A stretch of DNA of 32,000 bases from the NCBI GenBank assembly GCA_008015235.1, contig SSFF01000015.1:58727-90726 (forward strand), written 5' to 3'. The DNA is from Rhodoferax sp. Its GTDB lineage: Bacteria; Pseudomonadota; Gammaproteobacteria; Burkholderiales; Burkholderiaceae_C. This document shows, in pieces, positions 25,058 through 32,000 of the stretch; positions within the stretch are counted from its first letter, which is position 1; every line of letters begins with the position of its first letter. Under the pieces are notes generated by a model, which was not told where the DNA came from, ran no database searches, and saw only the letters and a list, made by a program, of their open reading frames with translations. The position numbers were made by a program, and so were the translations under genes.

Positions 25058-26668
25058 ATGCCTGCCCTCCGTTCCAAGATCAACCCGCGAAGCGACGCCT
25101 TTGCCGCCAACGCCCAGCGCATGGGTGCGCTGCTGGCCGAAGTGCAGCGACTGGAAAACCTGGTCATCGCCGAGTCCGAATCCAAGCGCGACAAGTTCGA
25201 GAAGCGCAAGCAGTTGCTGCCGCGTGAGCGCGTGGCCCGCCTGCTGGACCGCGGCACCCCGTTCATCGAAATCAGCCGCTTGGCTGGCCTGAACATGCAC
25301 GACGACGACGGCAAGAAGTCCGTCATGGGCGGAGGCTCCATCGTTGGCATCGGCGTGGTGTCGGGCAAGCGCTGCCTCATTTCGGTGAACGACAGTGCCG
25401 TCAAGGGCGGCACCGTGGCACCCATGGGGCTGAAGAAGGGCCTGCGTGGCCAGCAGATCGCGCTGGAGAACAAGCTGCCCATCATCAGCCTGGTGGAAAG
25501 CGGTGGCGCCAACCTGATGTACCAGGCTGAAATCTTTGTCGATGGCGGGCGCAGCTTCGCCAACCAGGCGCGCATGTCGGCGGCCGGTATTCCGCAGATA
25601 TCGGTGGTGCATGGCTCCAGCACGGCCGGTGGTGCCTATCTGCCGGGCTTGTCGGACTATGTGATCCTGGTGCGTGGCCGCTCCAGCATCTACCTGGCTG
25701 GCCCGCCCTTGGTGAAGGCTGCGATTGGCGAGGATGCCACCGATGAAGAGCTGGGCGGCGCCGAAACCCATGCCCAAGTCACAGGGCTGGGCGAGTACCT
25801 GACCGAAGACGATGCCCATGCGATTGCCATGGCGCGCGAGGTGATGGACAAGCTGAACTGGGACGTTGCCAGCACCCCGGCAGGCTATGCCGAGCCGCTG
25901 TTCGATGAGCAGGAGCTGATGGGCATTGTCCCGGCCGACGAGCGCGAACCCTACGACGTGCGCGAAGTCATTGCCCGCTTGGTGGATGGTTCGGACTTTC
26001 TGGAGTTCAAGGCCTCCTACGCGGCAGAGACCGTGTGCGGCCATGCCCGCATTCAGGGGCAGCTGGTGGGTATTCTCGGCAACAACGGTCCTATCCAGCC
26101 CAACGGCTCGACCAAGGCGGCGCAGTTCATTCAGCTGTGTGACCAGAGCGGCACGCCGCTGGTATTCCTGCAGAACACCACGGGCTACATGGTGGGCTCG
26201 GCCGCGGAGCGCGGTGGTGCCATCAAGCATGGCAGCAAGATGATCCAGGCTGTGGCCAATGCCCGCGTGCCCAAGTTCACCATCGTGCTTGGGGGTTCCT
26301 TCGGCGCCGGCAACTACGGCATGTGCGGCCGTGGGTTCGATCCCCGCTTCATCTTTGCCTGGCCCTCGGCGCGTACCGCGGTCATGGGTGGCGCCCAGGC
26401 GGCCAAGGTCATGGACATCGTCAACCGGGCCAAGCTGGAGCGCATGGGCGCCGAGGTGAACGAGGAAGCGCTGGCCGCCATGTCCGACGGCCTGCGCCAA
26501 CGTCTGGACAAGGAAAGTGCGGCCCTGTTTGGCACCGCACGCCTGTGGGACGACGGAATCATCGACCCGCGCGATACGCGCCGCATTCTGGGCCTGTGCC
26601 TGAGCCTGGCCCGCGAGGCCGACGCCCGCACCCTGCGCCCCAACACTTTTGGCGTTGCCCGCCTGTAA
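25058..26668 (+). CDS. Acyl-CoA carboxylase carboxyltransferase (beta) subunit, methylcrotonyl-/geranyl-CoA carboxylase type
   Basis: SKINPRSDAFAANAQRM, LPRERVARLLD, VNDSAVKGGT, and a length typical of LiuB/AtuC. AAGGA lies before the ATG at 25058. Confidence 0.9.
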   Translation: MPALRSKINPRSDAFAANAQRMGALLAEVQRLENLVIAESESKRDKFEKRKQLLPRERVARLLDRGTPFIEISRLAGLNMHDDDGKKSVMGGGSIVGIGVVSGKRCLISVNDSAVKGGTVAPMGLKKGLRGQQIALENKLPIISLVESGGANLMYQAEIFVDGGRSFANQARMSAAGIPQISVVHGSSTAGGAYLPGLSDYVILVRGRSSIYLAGPPLVKAAIGEDATDEELGGAETHAQVTGLGEYLTEDDAHAIAMAREVMDKLNWDVASTPAGYAEPLFDEQELMGIVPADEREPYDVREVIARLVDGSDFLEFKASYAAETVCGHARIQGQLVGILGNNGPIQPNGSTKAAQFIQLCDQSGTPLVFLQNTTGYMVGSAAERGGAIKHGSKMIQAVANARVPKFTIVLGGSFGAGNYGMCGRGFDPRFIFAWPSARTAVMGGAQAAKVMDIVNRAKLERMGAEVNEEALAAMSDGLRQRLDKESAALFGTARLWDDGIIDPRDTRRILGLCLSLAREADARTLRPNTFGVARL

Positions 26669-26707
26669 CCCCATATCCCCACCCGAATTCACCCCGAGGA
26701 GACTCTC

Positions 26708-27862
<1,155 letters not shown>

Positions 27863-27883
27863 GCTGGTAGATCCGAAGTTGCT

Positions 27884-28702
27884 ATGAATTTCGAAGCTAT
27901 CCAAGCAGTCCGCAAGCGGGCTGTACTCGAAATAACCCTCAATAAGCCGGAGTCTCGCAATGCCATGTCCTTGGCCATGGTGGCCGAGCTGCAGCAGACA
28001 CTTGAGGGCGCCGAGCAGTCTGCAGGCCAGCCCGATGCGGTACGCGTGGTGTTGCTGCGCGGTGCCGGGGGGCACTTCTGCTCCGGTGCCGACCTGAAAG
28101 ACATGGCTGCCGCCCGCATGCGCGCCATGCAGGGCGGTGACGACGGAACCGACCCCATTGCCGAGGTGAACGCCCGCTTTGGCCGCATGTGCGCGGCCTA
28201 CGCCAACTCGCCGCTGGCCATCGTGGCGGTGTTGGAAGGCACGGTCATGGGCGGCGGCTTCGGCCTGGCGTGTGTGGCCGACGTGGCCATCGCCAGCGAA
28301 ACCGCGAGCTTTCGCCTGCCGGAAACCTCGTTGGGCGTGGTACCGGCGCAGATCGCCCCCTTCCTGGTCGAGCGCCTGGGCTATTCGCAGGCCAAGCGCC
28401 TGGCGGTGACCGGCGGGCGCCTGGACGCTGCTGCGGCATTGCACATCGGCCTGGTGCACCAGCAGGTGGCAACCGATCAGCTGCAGCCCGCCATCGACGC
28501 CGTGCTGGCCGATATCCTGGCCTGTGCCCCCGGGGCCCTGGCCGCCACCAAGGCGCTGATGGCCAAGGCCCGGCTGCAAGTGCCTGCTTCGCTGGTGGAC
28601 GAGGCAGCAGCCATCTTCTCCCGCGCGGCCCAGGGGCCCGAAGGCATGGAAGGCATGGGGGCCTTCATTCAGAAACGCAAACCGAACTGGGTACCTGCAT
28701 GA
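27884..28702 (+). CDS. Enoyl-CoA hydratase/isomerase (crotonase) family protein
   Basis: LNKPESRNAMS, LRGAGGHFCSGADLKDM, GTVMGGGFGLACVADVAI and FRLPETSLGVVP. Confidence 0.85.
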   Translation: MNFEAIQAVRKRAVLEITLNKPESRNAMSLAMVAELQQTLEGAEQSAGQPDAVRVVLLRGAGGHFCSGADLKDMAAARMRAMQGGDDGTDPIAEVNARFGRMCAAYANSPLAIVAVLEGTVMGGGFGLACVADVAIASETASFRLPETSLGVVPAQIAPFLVERLGYSQAKRLAVTGGRLDAAAALHIGLVHQQVATDQLQPAIDAVLADILACAPGALAATKALMAKARLQVPASLVDEAAAIFSRAAQGPEGMEGMGAFIQKRKPNWVPA

Positions 28703-30690
28703 GTTTTTCCAAAATCCTGATCGCGAACCGGGGCGAGATTGCCTGCAGGGTAATTCGCACTGCGCGCAAGCTCGGCTATGCCACGGTGGCCGTGTACAGC
28801 GATGCCGACCGTGACGCACCCCATGTCGCATTGGCCGACGAGGCGGTTCACATCGGCGCCTCGCCCGCGGCAGAGTCCTACCTGAAGTTCGACGCCATCC
28901 TGGAAGCCTGCCGCAAGACCGGGGCTGACGCCCTGCACCCCGGCTACGGCTTCCTGAGTGAAAACGCAGCCTTTGCGCAGGCCTGCGCCGATGCCAACGT
29001 GGTGTTCATCGGGCCACCTGCCAGTGCCATCGAAGCCATGGGCGACAAGGCCCTGGCCAAGAAGCGCATGTTGGCCGCTGGTGTGCCTTGTGCACCGGGT
29101 TACCTGGGTGAAGACCAGAGCGATGCGACGCTGATCGCCGAGGCCAAGAAGATGGGCTATCCGCTGCTGGTGAAGGCTGTGGCCGGTGGCGGTGGGCGTG
29201 GCATGCGCCTGGTACGCTCCGACGCCGAATTGCAGGCGGGCATCGACGGTGCCCGGCGTGAGGCCACGAGCGCCTTCGGCGACGGCACGCTGATGCTCGA
29301 ACGCCTCATCGACAACGGCCGCCACATCGAAATCCAGGTGTTTGCCGATGCCCATGGCAATGCGGTCTACCTGGGCGAGCGCGATTGCACGGCCCAGCGC
29401 CGCCGCCAGAAGGTCATCGAGGAAGCGCCGTCTCCCGTGGTTTCGCCCGCCATGCGGGAAGCCATGGGCAAGGACGCCGTGGCTGCCGCGCTGGCAGTAG
29501 CTTACCGCGGCGCGGGCACCGTGGAATTCATCGTCGATGACAAGCTGAACCACTACTTCCTGGAGATGAACACGCGCCTGCAGGTGGAGCATCCGGTGAC
29601 GGAATGCATCACCGGCTACGACCTGGTGGAGTGGCAGCTGCAGGTAGCGGCGGGAGATGTGTTGCCTGCGCGGCAGGAAGACATCCGACTGACTGGTCAT
29701 GCCATCGAAGCCCGCCTGTATGTGGAAGACCCCTACACCGCCTTCGCCCCGCAAACCGGGCAGGTGCTGTGGTGGAAGCCCGAGGCCGCGGTACACGGTG
29801 GTGTGGAGAGTGGTCGCATGGCGTCCGGGGTGCGCATTGACCACGGCATCCGCGAGGGGGCGGTCGTGTCTCCGTTCTACGACCCCATGGTGGCCAAGAT
29901 CATCGTCCATGGCCGCGACCGCGACGACGCCATCCGCCGTTTGCGCGCCGCTTTGGCACAGGCCCCCTTGCTGGGCCTGAAGAACAACGGCCGCTTCCTC
30001 AGCGACCTGGTGGACCACCAAGCCTTCCGCCAGGCCCAGATGACCACCACACTCATTGACCAATGGTTGGAGCAGGGCGAGCCCCTGCTGCAGGCCCCGG
30101 TGGCCAGCGACGATGCATGGCGCGTGGCTGCCATGGCGCGGGCTTTTGTCGCGGGCGCCAGCTGGCGTGCCAACAGCGTTTCCGGCTATGGTTTTACCTT
30201 GCGCTGTGGCGACGAGACACGCACCGTGCGGGTCAATTCCGATCGCACTGGTGGTGTTGCCGTCACGTTGGGCGCCAGCACCGAGCAAGCCCGGGTACTG
30301 TCGTATACGGACGGTGCCTTGCGCTTCGAACTGCACGGTGTCCAGCAGGGTGCCGTGGCCTTGTTGACTGGGGCGCAGGTGCACCTGTCCTACCAAGGGC
30401 ACAGCTTTGTGTTCGAAGAGGTATCCCCCTTCCCCAGTGCGGATGCATTGCTGGACCCGAGCCGCGCGCTCTCACCGGTGGCAGGCAAGGTCACGCAGGT
30501 GCTGGTGCAGCCCGGCGAAAGCGTCGCCGAGGGCCAGCAACTGGTGTGTGTGGAAGCCATGAAGATGGAGATGTGGCTCAGCGCCCAGGCGGCAGGTACG
30601 GTCCAGGCCGTGCACGCCAAGATGGGAGACCAGGTGGAATCCGGCGCCTTGCTGGTCGAACTGGAAATCAACAACCCGAAGGAAGCATGA
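28699..30690 (+). CDS. Acyl-CoA carboxylase biotin-carboxylase / biotin-carrier (alpha) subunit
   Basis: KILIANRGEIACRVIRTA, the ATP-grasp core and C-terminal CVEAMKMEMW (biotinyl-Lys AMKM). The ATG overlaps the hydratase stop (ATGA). Confidence 0.9.
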   Translation: MSFSKILIANRGEIACRVIRTARKLGYATVAVYSDADRDAPHVALADEAVHIGASPAAESYLKFDAILEACRKTGADALHPGYGFLSENAAFAQACADANVVFIGPPASAIEAMGDKALAKKRMLAAGVPCAPGYLGEDQSDATLIAEAKKMGYPLLVKAVAGGGGRGMRLVRSDAELQAGIDGARREATSAFGDGTLMLERLIDNGRHIEIQVFADAHGNAVYLGERDCTAQRRRQKVIEEAPSPVVSPAMREAMGKDAVAAALAVAYRGAGTVEFIVDDKLNHYFLEMNTRLQVEHPVTECITGYDLVEWQLQVAAGDVLPARQEDIRLTGHAIEARLYVEDPYTAFAPQTGQVLWWKPEAAVHGGVESGRMASGVRIDHGIREGAVVSPFYDPMVAKIIVHGRDRDDAIRRLRAALAQAPLLGLKNNGRFLSDLVDHQAFRQAQMTTTLIDQWLEQGEPLLQAPVASDDAWRVAAMARAFVAGASWRANSVSGYGFTLRCGDETRTVRVNSDRTGGVAVTLGASTEQARVLSYTDGALRFELHGVQQGAVALLTGAQVHLSYQGHSFVFEEVSPFPSADALLDPSRALSPVAGKVTQVLVQPGESVAEGQQLVCVEAMKMEMWLSAQAAGTVQAVHAKMGDQVESGALLVELEINNPKEA

Positions 30691-31562
30691 TGGAAAAAGC
30701 CATTCTGACCTGTGCGCTGACCGGCGTGCTCACCAATCCCAAGCAACATCCGGTGCCGGTAACACCGGCCCAGATGGCGGCCGAGGCGCGCGATGCGTTC
30801 AACGCAGGTGCCAGCATCATGCATGTGCATGTGCGCATGCAGGAGGAGGGCATGGGGCATCTGCCGTCGTGGGACCCGGAAGTCATGGCCTCGGTGGTGG
30901 ATGCCATCCGCGAAGCCTGCCCCGGGGTCATCATCAACCTGACCACCGGGGTGGTGGGCAAGGATGTGTCGGGGCCACTGGCCTGCATCCGGCGCGTCAA
31001 GCCCGAAATCGCGGCCTGCAATGCGGGTAGCCTGAACTATCTGAAGATCAAGGAAGACGGCAACTGGGCCTGGCCGCCCATGGTGTTCGACAACCCGGTT
31101 TCCAAGGTGCAGCAGTTCCTGGACGTGATGGGCGAGTGCGGTACCCACCCCGAGTTCGAGTGCTTTGACGTGGGTATCGTGCGCTGCGTGACCATGTACC
31201 TGAAAAACGGCATGCTCAAACCCGAAATGGGCACGCCCGAATACAACCTGGTGATGGGGGTGGCCTCGGGCATGCCTTGTGATGCCGACTTGCTGCAACT
31301 GCTGCCGCAGTGGATGGCCCCCGGTAGTCTGTGGCAGACCACGCTGATCGGCCGCCAGGAAATCTGGCCCGTGCACCAGAAAACGGCCGATCTGGGGGGG
31401 ATGCTGCGCACCGGCCTGGAAGACACTTTCTATATGCCCGATGGCAGCCGTGCACGGGGCAACGGGGACCTGATCACCGCGCTGGCCGCATGTGCCCAGC
31501 GCGCTGGTCGCACTGTGGCCACACCGGCCGAGGCGCGTGTGCTGCTTGGTCTGAAAGGCTGA
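30687..31562 (+). CDS. BKACE family enzyme (3-keto-5-aminohexanoate cleavage-like, DUF849)
   Basis: KAILTCALTG, ASIMHVHVR and the size fit BKACE as I recall it. The ATGATG start overlaps the alpha-subunit stop. Confidence 0.75.
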   Translation: MMEKAILTCALTGVLTNPKQHPVPVTPAQMAAEARDAFNAGASIMHVHVRMQEEGMGHLPSWDPEVMASVVDAIREACPGVIINLTTGVVGKDVSGPLACIRRVKPEIAACNAGSLNYLKIKEDGNWAWPPMVFDNPVSKVQQFLDVMGECGTHPEFECFDVGIVRCVTMYLKNGMLKPEMGTPEYNLVMGVASGMPCDADLLQLLPQWMAPGSLWQTTLIGRQEIWPVHQKTADLGGMLRTGLEDTFYMPDGSRARGNGDLITALAACAQRAGRTVATPAEARVLLGLKG

Positions 31563-31566
31563 CTGC

Positions 31567-32000
31567 ATGCACGCGGCGGCGACACCTGAGCACTGGGATG
31601 TCGTCGTCATCGGCAGTGGCTTTGGTGGTGCCGTCAGTGCCCTGCGCATGGCCGAGAAAGGCTACCGCGTGCTGGTGGTCGAGCAGGGGCGTGAGGTTTC
31701 CGCCGAGGATTTGGCTGCCGCCGGGACCGACCCTAAACGCCTGCTCTACCAGCCGGCGCTGGGGCTGCGCAAAGGCTTCTTTGCCCAGGAGTTCTACCGC
31801 CACGTGAGCCTGGTGCGTGGCATTGGTGTTGGCGGTGGCAGCTTGGTGTGGGCCGCGGTGATGCTGGAGCCGCCCCAGGCTTTTTTCGACGACAAGGCCT
31901 GGAGCCGACTGCCTGCACGCGACTGGCGTGCAGAATTGGCCCCGCACTACCAGACTGCGCGGCGCATGCTGGGCGTGACACCCAACCCGCGCCACACGGT
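31567..32000 (+). CDS. FAD-dependent GMC / cholesterol-oxidase-like oxidoreductase, N-terminal part; 3' end lies outside the window
   Basis: My own translation, not in the ORF track because no stop is reached: MHAAATPEHWDVVVIGSGFGGAVSALRMAEKGYRVLVVEQG (Rossmann GxGxxG...E) and GIGVGGGSLVWAAV. Confidence 0.7.
   Translation, partial: MHAAATPEHWDVVVIGSGFGGAVSALRMAEKGYRVLVVEQGREVSAEDLAAAGTDPKRLLYQPALGLRKGFFAQEFYRHVSLVRGIGVGGGSLVWAAVMLEPPQAFFDDKAWSRLPARDWRAELAPHYQTARRMLGVTPNPRHT

Noticed and set aside
28669-31649. 577-aa and 419-aa minus-strand ORFs (28669-30402, 30390-31649)
   Set aside because: They are antisense to the biotin carboxylase and BKACE genes. This is the same high-GC artefact.

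Overview
High-GC proteobacterial chromosome; my impression is Burkholderiales/Comamonadaceae-like, not verified. It is interrupted by a visibly AT-rich integrative island of about 9.5 kb (10601-20101). Left core: mutM (partial), a dynamin-like GTPase, mutY, then rapZ-recN-nadK on the minus strand, hrcA, a small secreted protein and a DUF4105-type protein. Right core: asmA, an MCP, an SCP2-MerR(LiuR-like) pair, a divergent acyl-CoA carboxylase cluster (beta subunit, acyl-CoA dehydrogenase, enoyl-CoA hydratase, biotinylated alpha subunit), a BKACE enzyme and a partial GMC-type flavoprotein. The main result is the island junction. A host tRNA(CAU) gene is cut in its anticodon arm (14-nt direct repeat CTCATAATCCTTTG at both ends) and is not regenerated. 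The island instead carries its own full tRNA(CAU), which is interrupted after CAU by a 206-nt Azoarcus-type group I intron. That position lies inside the att core sequence. The island also encodes a tyrosine integrase, an H-NS paralogue, a clamp-loader-like AAA+ ATPase, a FimB/E-sized single-domain recombinase, a small HUH-motif Rep-like protein and several unknown ORFs. It also carries four direct copies of a 19-23 bp hairpin motif. Everything is read by eye, with no database searches. Start codons are approximate, and the long antisense ORFs in the high-GC parts are treated as artefacts.
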